The notes under the pieces: generated by a model | Told to the model about the DNA's origin: nothing | What the model saw: the letters and a program-made list of their open reading frames with translations, nothing else | Databases searched by the model: none | Origin: Tubulanus polymorphus | Taxonomy: Eukaryota; Animalia; Nemertea | NCBI RefSeq assembly: GCF_964204645.1 | Contig: NC_134026.1 | Location: forward strand, 8,083,950 to 8,147,949 | Direction: 5' to 3' | DNA: 64,000 nucleotides | Part shown: in pieces, positions 22,813 to 32,159 of the stretch | Layout of the letters: each line of letters opens with the position of its first letter | How positions within the stretch are numbered: the stretch's first letter is position 1 | Translations under genes and position numbers: made by a program

Positions 22813-24201
22813 ATGGTAGATAGTTTTCCAAAAGCTTTCCGATATAATAAATCAATTAAATATAATATTCCAGCAATAGATTTTAATAAAGATATTACAT
22901 ATAGAAATGAAGTTTTAGATTCATTAATTGATTTATATATTTATGTTACTGAAACTAATAATTTTAATGCAAAGATGGAAAATATATTTCATGTATATTT
23001 AATTAATTTTAAAAAATTGAAAGATGAAAAACAATGGTTATTAAAATCTAATATGAAGTATTGGCAGAATCAATTAAATTTTGCTGTTTATTGTGCAACA
23101 ACAGGATGTGGAATTAGTTGGAATGATCATTTGAATAATTCTAAATATAAATTAATTCAAAGTTTATTTAGATTTCATACATACTTTCAAATCAGAATAA
23201 TATTAAATGAATTAGAGTGCGCTTTACCAGGATCTAGATATTTTAAAGAATTAGATAATAATATTAATTTATCAAAGTTTTATAAAATTATCAATGAATT
23301 TAATATAGATATAAATAATTCTGATTTTAGAACAAAAATTGGAACAATAAGATCACTTCCTTGCCCTAAAAAGATTGCAGAATATTGTGCACTTCCCATA
23401 CCATCTAATAGTTTTTATAATATCTATAATAATAAATTAGGTTATGGTAAAATAGAAACAAAGGATTTAGAAACATTAAATTTCAATAAATTACCGAAAT
23501 TTTATGATCATTTAAAACAAGAAAACAATAATGGTTGGGTATATTTTATTTTAGAGAATAGTGAAGGTTTTACTAAATCAGGTATAGAAAGAATAAATCA
23601 ATCTATTAGAACTTATTTGATATGTATTTTAGGTGCGCAAGTTGAAACAAGATCACCGATAATTGGAAATTTGAATACATCATTCGATACACAAAAACAA
23701 TTTAAAGTTTTATTTGAAGATTCAATTCATAATGATAAAAATAGATCGATTCCAGAAAACATTATAAGATATCAAAATTATTTAGATAAATCTCATGTAA
23801 GACTTAATTATTGTATAGGCCCTAATCTATTTATTATTTCTAATGATTTAGTATTGAAGATGGGAAATATAATTGGTTATAATAATCTAATTAAAACTGC
23901 AACAATAAATAATTCATTTGGGTTAAATGATATAAATAAAAAGATTATTACTGCTCCAAAATTAATGGAAGGTGAAAAAAATAAAAAAAACATTCAATCA
24001 ACAGAAACTAAAACTAAGAATATTAAATTGGTTAATGATTCCAAAATAAAAGATTACAATACATCAGAAAATAATAGAACTGATAAAATTCAACATGATA
24101 TAATTAAACTAAATGATGATAATAAATCCCATGAAAATACTAAATTAGCTATAACTTGTATAGGAATTTTAATCGGAGGAATATTATATTTTAAATTTTA
24201 A
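22813..24201 (+). CDS. Uncharacterised viral protein with C-terminal TM anchor (462 aa)
   Basis: Globular-looking region (WQNQLNFAVYCATTGCGIS; GFTKSGIERINQSIRTYLICILGAQ), K/N-rich linker, terminal LAITCIGILIGGILYF helix. Confidence 0.8.
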   Translation: MVDSFPKAFRYNKSIKYNIPAIDFNKDITYRNEVLDSLIDLYIYVTETNNFNAKMENIFHVYLINFKKLKDEKQWLLKSNMKYWQNQLNFAVYCATTGCGISWNDHLNNSKYKLIQSLFRFHTYFQIRIILNELECALPGSRYFKELDNNINLSKFYKIINEFNIDINNSDFRTKIGTIRSLPCPKKIAEYCALPIPSNSFYNIYNNKLGYGKIETKDLETLNFNKLPKFYDHLKQENNNGWVYFILENSEGFTKSGIERINQSIRTYLICILGAQVETRSPIIGNLNTSFDTQKQFKVLFEDSIHNDKNRSIPENIIRYQNYLDKSHVRLNYCIGPNLFIISNDLVLKMGNIIGYNNLIKTATINNSFGLNDINKKIITAPKLMEGEKNKKNIQSTETKTKNIKLVNDSKIKDYNTSENNRTDKIQHDIIKLNDDNKSHENTKLAITCIGILIGGILYFKF

Positions 24202-24217
24202 TTTTTTTATTATGTAA

Positions 24218-25681
24218 ATGGATGTAGAAGGTGGAGAAGATTATGAAATGGGAGAAATGGGAAATAATAATGAAGGATATATTGATGATGAACCACAACC
24301 CGATTTTAATGAAACTAATATTGATAATGATGATGAATCAGCATATAATTCTAATTTAGCAGATAGTGGTTCTAAAGGTCAATCAACAGATGAATTTGAT
24401 AGAAGAACTAGATCGAGAATAAATCCTGAAAATGAAAATCCAGATTTAGTAAAACAAAATTTAGAATATAATGAATATATTTATAATTTCAAACCTATAT
24501 TTGAAAAATCTGGATATAATATCAATACCAGAGGCGCTAGACTTTTAGTACAAGAATTAAAGTTTTTAGATGGTGAATATTATTATCGTTTGAAAGATGA
24601 TTATTATATTGATATCTCTTATAAAAAACAAGAAAAAATATTAGCAGAATCAACTTTGCTTAAGTTAGACCTATCTAGAATTAAAAGAATAAGAAATAGT
24701 AATGAACCAGAAGATGTAACACAAGAAGAAATTATTAAAAATGAAAGAGTATTTAAACAAAGAATTAATGAATTATTTGAAACAATCGATAATAATTTAG
24801 AAACAGAAACAACTTCTGAACAGAATATAACTTCCAAAACTAGTAAACTTAAATCAGATAAAGTTCCAATTGAAAAACTTTTACCGAATGGGTTACTTGA
24901 TGCAACAGATCAAGAATTAGAAGATTTAGATATATTTTCTGATAAAGCAATTAGAGAAATTATTAGTATAAGACTTGCATCTGATAAAATTGCGCATGAT
25001 AAAAGTATAAGAGATTTTAAGATTAGAACTTTAGAAAAAGAATTAACTGATAAAAATAAAGAAATAGAACAACTAAAATTAGATAGAGATAATAAAGTTA
25101 TTGAAGAAATTGAATTTAAAAAAAGAAATGCATATTTAGAAAAAGAAAAAGATGATTTAGAATATAACATAGAATTACAAAAAGAAGAAATTAAATTATT
25201 ATTAAAATCATATGATTATAATATAAATAGATTAAAAGTTATTTTTAAAGATTTGTTGATTAAACCAAATTCTGAAATATCATTAAAAGACAGAATAAAG
25301 TTGTTATTTAAATTAGAAGGAATAACAATTCTTTCAATTCTAACAGCTGTAACTATGTTATTTACAACAATTGGTTTAGCAATATCAAATGCTTTGAAAT
25401 CTACTCCTACTCCCAATAAACCAGATAAACCTCCAGGTAATAATTCTATACAAGATAAAGTTAAAGATGGTTTAAAGAAATTAGCAAAATATTTATGGGA
25501 ACTATCAAAGAAATCTGCTGCAGCATTGCCAGGAGTTATTGCTTCAATTGTTGGTTTTATATTGAAATCTGCAGGAAACATTATTAACTTTGCTGCTGAA
25601 CATATTATTTTATTTTTAATTACAGTTGTAAGTGCTATTATTTTTGGTTTAGTAAATATGATATCAAAAAATATCAAGTAA
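24218..25681 (+). CDS. Viral coiled-coil protein with C-terminal multi-helix membrane region (487 aa)
   Basis: Acidic disordered N-terminus, heptad-rich middle, GITILSILTAVTMLFTTIGLAI, a Pro linker, then AAALPGVIASIVGFIL and IILFLITVVSAIIFGLV. Confidence 0.8.
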   Translation: MDVEGGEDYEMGEMGNNNEGYIDDEPQPDFNETNIDNDDESAYNSNLADSGSKGQSTDEFDRRTRSRINPENENPDLVKQNLEYNEYIYNFKPIFEKSGYNINTRGARLLVQELKFLDGEYYYRLKDDYYIDISYKKQEKILAESTLLKLDLSRIKRIRNSNEPEDVTQEEIIKNERVFKQRINELFETIDNNLETETTSEQNITSKTSKLKSDKVPIEKLLPNGLLDATDQELEDLDIFSDKAIREIISIRLASDKIAHDKSIRDFKIRTLEKELTDKNKEIEQLKLDRDNKVIEEIEFKKRNAYLEKEKDDLEYNIELQKEEIKLLLKSYDYNINRLKVIFKDLLIKPNSEISLKDRIKLLFKLEGITILSILTAVTMLFTTIGLAISNALKSTPTPNKPDKPPGNNSIQDKVKDGLKKLAKYLWELSKKSAAALPGVIASIVGFILKSAGNIINFAAEHIILFLITVVSAIIFGLVNMISKNIK

Positions 25682-25754
25682 ACCATGATATCAAAAAATA
25701 TCAAGTAAACCATGATATCAAAAAATAAATAATTAATTTTTTTTTGTTAAATAA

Positions 25755-27002
25755 ATGAGTGGGAGTTATATAAGTCCTTCCAAGATTTCTAGAATATCTA
25801 ATGCTATTAAAGCAGAAAGATCACATCATATAATTACTCATAACCCTTCAAATATTAATCCCGATGAAACTTTATACGTTAGAATTCCTAGATTAACACA
25901 AAATACTTTTTACGTTCCAAATAGTATTTATTTATCAGCCGATATAACAGTAGCCGGTAATAATAATAATTATGTTGTTGATAATGTTGGGAGATATTTG
26001 ATTAAAAAGTTAACAATAAAGATTGGTCCAGAAACAGTTTTCTCATTAGATGATTATAATTTATTTATGCATTATAAAGATTTATGGTTAACTAAAGAAA
26101 ATAGAAATAATATGATATTTCAAGGAATTCAATCAGAAAACCAAAATAAATTAAGATCAGAAGCTAATAGCGCAATATTAACAAATGATGTAGATAAATT
26201 GATAAAAAGTATATATGGAAGCAAATATAAAATTCCATTAGACTTTGAATTGATAAATAATAATGCACCTTTATATAAATACGCAATTCAAGAAGATATT
26301 ATATTTGAGATAACATTTGCTCCTGTAAATGAAATTGTATTATCTAGCGTTGTTAAAGATATGAGTTATAAATTATCGAATATATGTTTAGAATATGATA
26401 CAGTAACTGATGAAAATATTTCAAGTATAATTCAAACTAAATATAATCAAGGGTTTTCATTATTATATGATTATATTGATAAATTTAAAACTGTAACTAT
26501 TAATGCAAATGATGAAATAATTAATGAGAATATTAACTTCCCTAGAAGATCTATTAAAGGTATATTAATATTTTTTACCATTGGAACGTATACTAATGGC
26601 GCAATAAATGTTGATAATTATTATAATCCTGAAATAACAAAAGTAGAAATAACTATCAAAGGAATAGCGAATAAAATATTTTGTCAAGGAATGAGAATGA
26701 TTGATCAATGGGTAGAAATTAAAAAACATTTTATGAATGAAAAAATAAAATCATTTGAAAATTGTAATATTAATCAAATTGATTATTATACCGGTAATAA
26801 ATATGCATTATGGTTAGATTTTAGAACAACTGAAGATAACTTATTACATGGTTCTGGGAAAAAATTACAAAATACAAAAGATGGAATACAATTATTCATG
26901 ACAAAGAAAAAGGGAATCAAAAATTTTAAAATGCACATTTATATTATATCTGACGCGCAATTAAATATTGTAAATTCACAATTAGATAGTGTTATGTATT
27001 AG
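25755..27002 (+). CDS. Probable major capsid protein (double jelly-roll)
   Basis: 415 aa, beta-strand rich; NPSNINPDETLYVRIPRL, SIYLSADITV, LIKKLTIKIG, YKIPLDF, LSNICLEYD, RSIKGILIFF, ALWLDFR; size and context fit a polinton-like virus MCP. Confidence 0.78.
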   Translation: MSGSYISPSKISRISNAIKAERSHHIITHNPSNINPDETLYVRIPRLTQNTFYVPNSIYLSADITVAGNNNNYVVDNVGRYLIKKLTIKIGPETVFSLDDYNLFMHYKDLWLTKENRNNMIFQGIQSENQNKLRSEANSAILTNDVDKLIKSIYGSKYKIPLDFELINNNAPLYKYAIQEDIIFEITFAPVNEIVLSSVVKDMSYKLSNICLEYDTVTDENISSIIQTKYNQGFSLLYDYIDKFKTVTINANDEIINENINFPRRSIKGILIFFTIGTYTNGAINVDNYYNPEITKVEITIKGIANKIFCQGMRMIDQWVEIKKHFMNEKIKSFENCNINQIDYYTGNKYALWLDFRTTEDNLLHGSGKKLQNTKDGIQLFMTKKKGIKNFKMHIYIISDAQLNIVNSQLDSVMY

Positions 27003-27034
27003 AATTTTAACTTTAATAAAAATGTATATAATAA

Positions 27035-28089
27035 ATGGAAGGTGGAATATATGAAATACAATCTCCAAGTGAAATGATATCAGATATATATTATATATTA
27101 CCTTATGATGAATACAGTAAGTATTTTGGAGATTACTTTAATCAATTAAAATATAGAATAAGTAAAATAGATAAGAATATTGAAACAAAAATAGAAGATA
27201 ATATTGAACCTAAAATAGAAGATAATATTGAACCTAAAATAGAAGATAAGAATGATATTGAATCTAAAATAGAAGATAATGTTATACCTTCTACATCGAA
27301 TGATGATAAGATTGAAACAAAAATAGAATATAATATTGAACCTAAAATAGAAAAATCAAATTTCAACCAAAAGATAACATCAGATGTATGTATTGTGAAG
27401 AAGATTTTGATAATTATAATGATTATTTATTACACATCAAAAAAGATGAACATATTTTACAATTAGTAAAAACATATGCCAATATATATAAAGATAAATG
27501 CAAAGAGGAGCAGAATTATTGTGCCTTCTGTAATGAATGTATAACAAAGGCTAATTGGGCAAAACATTATAAATTAAAAACAAAAGGTGGAAATGATTCA
27601 GCCCATGCAATACAAGTATTTAAATCTTGGTGTGAAAAATGTAAAGAATATGTAATATATGATAAACAATTGAATCATAAATACTCAATTAAACATATTG
27701 GTACAGATAATGTAATAGAAAATCCAACAGTTATAAATCCAAAATTTAATAATAAGAATATATTAGATTATCGGAGGTATAGAAAAACATTTATAGATTA
27801 TTTATTGAGTAATGATATAGTTACCATATTGAAAAAGTTAGATAACTTTAAACCAAATGTTACTTATGCAATGAACTTATTTGAACTTAAATATGATGAT
27901 TTTAGAGAATTTTTAAATAAACATCCATCTAAAACTGAAATCGAAAATTATATTCCAAAAATATTTTCAAGAAAAACATTCAATAAATATAAACTCGAGA
28001 ATCATTTAGGACCTATACCAATGAAAATGCAAAGGAATTTATGGTTAGAATACAATAAGCTTAAAGAAAAATATGAAAATGAAAATTAA
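27035..28089 (+). CDS. Multi-zinc-finger protein in two overlapping frames (27035-27466 and the -1 frame to 28089)
   Basis: Frame 0 has IEPKIEDN repeats; the -1 frame is open from ~27347 and reads KIKFQPKDNIRCMYC...H....H, CAFC...H, CEKC...H....H. The first finger starts upstream of Met 27388, so the two ORFs are one gene. Confidence 0.7.
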
Positions 28090-28093
28090 AAAG

Positions 28094-28471
28094 ATTATAG
28101 AATTCACTGTATATTGATGGATGAATGGATGAGTTGGAAGAGTTGGATGAGTTGGATGAGTGGAAGAGTGGATGAGTATAATAATATATATATTTTACTT
28201 TTTAACACATAAATTGGAAGAATAGTATGAGTATAAATATAATATTTTTATTCTTTATTAAATTTAACATAATATATATATATTATTAAAATAATATTTA
28301 AATATAGTATAAAATTGATAAAATAACTTCAAATCAAACTCTTACTGTTTTAAAAATAAAAAACATATGTAAATTATATATTATTACACTCATCCATTCA
28401 TCCACTCATCCAATTCATCCAATTCATCCAATTCATCCACTCATCCATTAGTATACAGTGAATTCTATAAT
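28094..28471. repeat. Large inverted repeat (~100-bp arms) between the convergent gene blocks
   Basis: ATTATAGAATTCACTGTATA...(TGGATGAG/T)n...ATAATATATA pairs with TATATATTAT...(CTCATCCA/ATTCATCCA)n...TATACAGTGAATTCTATAAT. Confidence 0.9.
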
Positions 28472-28487
28472 ATTTTGAATTAGGATT

Positions 28488-29100
28488 TTATTTTATAAAT
28501 TTATATTCATATGGAAATTGTAATCTCATAAGTAATTTGGAACCTTTATTATTCTTTAATTTATTCATATATTCATCATGTAATTCAGTAGGTATAATTT
28601 GATTTTCTTCCAATGATTGTTGCATAGATTTTTTATCTTTGTTATAAAATAAAACTAGAAATTATATTCTCCCTAAAGTCTTTCACAATTGAATTATATT
28701 TCTGATTTAAAACCCATGTTGTTATCCCAAAATGTCTACCAGAGAAAGCTAAATAACATAACTCACTTTCTCTAACTTTTGAATCATGTAAATTTGCGCA
28801 ATCATCAATAATAAATAATGTATTAGATCCTTTATAAATATCTATTGCAATTTTTATACAATTATCTAAATTATCTTTCACTGTTTTAGAATTTAATATA
28901 ATAAACTTTTTATCTTTAAAAACTATATCTCTATTATACGTTTCATTCATTTCATAAGTTGGGCAGAATAATATTATATTATCAAAATGATTTTTATAAA
29001 TAGTTTCTAATAAATATAATATGAAGTGTGTTTTACCACAATTTGTAACTCCAGTAACTAACATATTATGTGGTTCAAATATAAATAAATCTTTATTCAT
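28488..29100 (-). pseudogene. A32/FtsK-like genome packaging ATPase, frameshifted near 28660
   Basis: Walker A GVTNCGKT, Walker B LFIIDD, GRHFGIT and LNQKY motifs; after FRENI the reading continues in another frame as FLVLFYNKDKKSMQQSLEEN...YEYKFIK* (stop 28490-28488). Confidence 0.88.
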
Positions 29101-30181
29101 TTATTCTTTTAATTTTACTAGATAAAATCCATTCATTGAATTTATCATCATATCCTTTATATTTCACCAAAGAATACTTTTTTCCTTTAAGAGTTTTAGT
29201 TTTCAATACTTTTTCTATTTTGTATTCTATTTCATCTGGATTTGGTACAAGTGATAATTCTTGTTCATAGAAATAACCTAAGATTTATTCATCTTTTAGA
29301 TCTTCTAGTTTATAAACAAATGGTTTAGTTAATATTATCTTTTTAATTTTAAATATTTCTTCAGTAAAATTAGGGGTATAACCTTTATAAAATGTTTTTC
29401 GATATTTAGAAATTCTAACATGTTGTCCTATTTTAAATTTAGGTTCTCCAAAATCATGTGTAACAAATGCTCCATATAAATTATTCCAAACTATTTCTGA
29501 ATTTTCTTCTTTTCTAGCTTGTATAGGTTTCATATTTATAGAACTATGTTTAGAATTATTATAACCTTTAACTAAATCATCTAACACATCGATATATTTA
29601 TATGTTTCATTAGCGGTGAAATATTTCCACATTCTAGTTTTCAATGTTTTATTAAATCTTTCTATAACGGATGCTTTTTTATCTGAATGTGTTGAAAAAT
29701 ATTCTACATCGTTATCAGATAATAGTTTTTTGAAATGTTTGTTATAAAATTCTTTACCTTCATCAAATTGTATTTTATCTGGGATAGCTTCTTTAAATAT
29801 TAATTTGAAAGAATTTGTAACTTCTATACCAGTTTTATTTTTAATCGGGATACTCCATGCGTATCTACTGAATATATCTATAACATTTAGTATCCAAAAA
29901 TATCCTTTGTTATATTCTTCTAAGTTTTTCATGTCAATTAAATCAGCTTGCCATTGTTGGTCAATATATGAAACCATAACTTTTCTTGTTAAATATTTTT
30001 TATCCATCTTTTTATGAATTTGATATGTGGGTTGATTTTGTAACCATGATTTTAATTCACTATATTTTATATTGCTATTATCAGATTTAATTTTATCCCA
30101 TAATTCTGAAACGTTAGAATATGATACTTCACTTTCTGGGTTATAATATAACTCTCTTAAATATTGTTCTTTTTTCATCAT
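29093..30181 (-). pseudogene. Retroviral-type (rve) integrase with C-terminal chromodomain; in-frame TAA at 29287-29285
   Basis: DDE triad WQADLIDM, QFDEGKEF, VIERFNKTLK; past the stop the same frame reads ILGYFYEQEL...EYKIEKVLKTKTLKGKKYSLVKYKGYDDKFNEWI (chromodomain) to a stop at 29095-29093. Confidence 0.92.
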
Positions 30182-30184
30182 ATT

Positions 30185-30580
30185 TTAATCCATTAATAAT
30201 AATTTAGATTTAGTTTCAATGACTTTATGATTTGACTTATTTTCGGGTATGATAGGTTTATTGTCATTGGAATCATCTTTATCATCAGATTTGAATTTTG
30301 ATTTATATATTACACCAGATAATATAATAACTGTTACTAATCCAATTGTAATATATAATTTATAATTACTTCCAACATTAGAAGAATTAGATGGATTATT
30401 ATTTGAATCAATACCACCGTGTGGGTGCCGTACGACACCATCAGATAAAGTCTGTGATTCATTTATATCAGTTAATTTCTTTTTCTTAGCTTTTTTTAAT
30501 TCTGATGATCTTTTACCTAATTCTCTTGCCCATTTAATTTGTTTCTCGGATGTAGGCTTCTTCTTAACTCCATCACTCAT
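30185..30580 (-). CDS. Viral single-pass membrane protein with basic N-terminus (131 aa)
   Basis: K/R-rich N-terminus, TM LYITIGLVTVIILSGVIY; TAAATG start. Confidence 0.75.
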   Translation of the reverse strand: MSDGVKKKPTSEKQIKWARELGKRSSELKKAKKKKLTDINESQTLSDGVVRHPHGGIDSNNNPSNSSNVGSNYKLYITIGLVTVIILSGVIYKSKFKSDDKDDSNDNKPIIPENKSNHKVIETKSKLLLMD

Positions 30581-31181
30581 TTATTTTAGTTAATTTTTGT
30601 TTTGATTCATTTTCTGTTTCGACGTTTGGTTGTAGTACAGCGTCATCTGTTTCGTTCTTACCTGATTTATATTCCATAGGTTTGATGTTCGAAAATGTTA
30701 TGACGCCAGTAGAAATCAATGTCATAACCGATCCTAATTGAAATGAAGCATAACCGACCCATTTTTGTAATTCAGTCATAACTAAGTAGTCATTTTTCAA
30801 ATCATTATATAATTTATTTTCATCATCAATTGGTATTAACTGGTTACATAACTTAGAATAACATTTGACAATACCATCTGAAATAGAATCATTTATTCTA
30901 GCTAATCTTGCCTCTTCATAAATCTTAAAATATTTGATTACTTTATCGGGTTTCATAGAGTCTAGTTCTTGAAAAGTTATTATTTTTCCTAAGAAGTCCT
31001 TAGATTTCCCGCCAGCAATCAATAGTTCTAGATGATGCTTACAATATAAATAGTATTCATAATCTATATTGTTATTAACTTGAATAGAATTAGAAACAAC
31101 TGTATCCTTATTATCACTAATACCTAAATCATCTAATGTTTTTTCAATATCAATACTATTCTTATTAGATTTCTTTGACAT
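30573..31181 (-). CDS. Hypothetical viral protein with C-proximal hydrophobic segment (202 aa)
   Basis: Open frame with TAAATG start; WVGYASFQLGSVMTLISTGVITF. Confidence 0.75.
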   Translation of the reverse strand: MSKKSNKNSIDIEKTLDDLGISDNKDTVVSNSIQVNNNIDYEYYLYCKHHLELLIAGGKSKDFLGKIITFQELDSMKPDKVIKYFKIYEEARLARINDSISDGIVKCYSKLCNQLIPIDDENKLYNDLKNDYLVMTELQKWVGYASFQLGSVMTLISTGVITFSNIKPMEYKSGKNETDDAVLQPNVETENESKQKLTKINE

Positions 31182-31484
31182 TTATATTAGAGAAATTTAA
31201 TAAGAATAGTATTATAAGTATTATAAAATGATACTAGCTAGTTAAAGTTAAAGAATTCTAGTATTGACTACTGATACTAGCTATTTGAATTTAAAGAATT
31301 TCTATTCGGATCTATTCAAAATATAAAGTATTCTCTTTTTGAAAAGAAAATATTAAAAATATAATAGAATTCGATAGCTAGTTGAAGTTATTGTTTTTTA
31401 AATACTTTTTATTTAAATTAGGATTTGATATCTCACTACTTTTGTTTATCTATTAGGAGCAGTAGTTATAACTGTCCAGATAAG

Positions 31485-32159
31485 TCATTTCGGATCCTTG
31501 ATATCAAATTCCTCAACGTATTGTTCATTATTTGGATTATTGTTCCATTGATCAATAAATTTCTTTGCCTTTGTTAACTGTTCTAAATATAACTGTAAAT
31601 CTAGTTTATTAGATTTGGTTTGATTTTCTTTCTTTTCTAAAGGTCTTAAATTTTTCCAATTCCAAATAAGTTTTTTATTGTATTCATCGTTCATGTTAAA
31701 TTTAGATATTGGTAACACGTGATCAATATGGTAATAATCCCCATAATTATCTATATTCATTTTATCATTGAATTGAAATATAATCCATGATTTGAGAAAT
31801 TCATCTGAACAACCCAATAAATTAGTTAATGTTTCTGAATGTGTTTCTTTGTTGAATAATAGTGTTAATCTAGACCGTAAACATTGTTTCAATCTAAAAT
31901 TAAGATCTGTTTGATATCTTTCTCTCATATATTCTGTCATATAATCATTATAAGATTCTCTATTATCTTCTCGATATTGTTTGGTATATAGTTTAATGCA
32001 AGTTTTACAGTAATATTGAAAACCATCTTTGCTAATCTTACGCTTACTAAATTCTGTTAATGATTTATTTAATTCACATTTAGAACACTTCTTGTAATAT
32101 ATGTTTATAACGCCAGTGTTATTTGTAATATTGATAGTTTGTGGTTGTTCTGGTTCCAT
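31485..32159 (-). CDS. HNH (His-Me finger) endonuclease with N-terminal zinc ribbon, giant-virus/phage type
   Basis: KKCSKC...KDGFQYYCKTC zinc ribbon; LRSRL...LLGCS...MNIDNYG..YHIDHVLP...NLRPLEKKENQTKSNK catalytic motif. Confidence 0.85.
   Translation of the reverse strand: MEPEQPQTINITNNTGVINIYYKKCSKCELNKSLTEFSKRKISKDGFQYYCKTCIKLYTKQYREDNRESYNDYMTEYMRERYQTDLNFRLKQCLRSRLTLLFNKETHSETLTNLLGCSDEFLKSWIIFQFNDKMNIDNYGDYYHIDHVLPISKFNMNDEYNKKLIWNWKNLRPLEKKENQTKSNKLDLQLYLEQLTKAKKFIDQWNNNPNNEQYVEEFDIKDPK

Noticed and set aside
22507-25713. Antisense hydrophobic ORFs within the viral genes
   Set aside because: Reverse-strand shadows of K/E/N-rich coding sequence; no TAAATG starts.
25657-25726. 27-bp tandem duplication at the end of the 487-aa ORF
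   Set aside because: Real, but looks like a simple local slippage event with no evident function.
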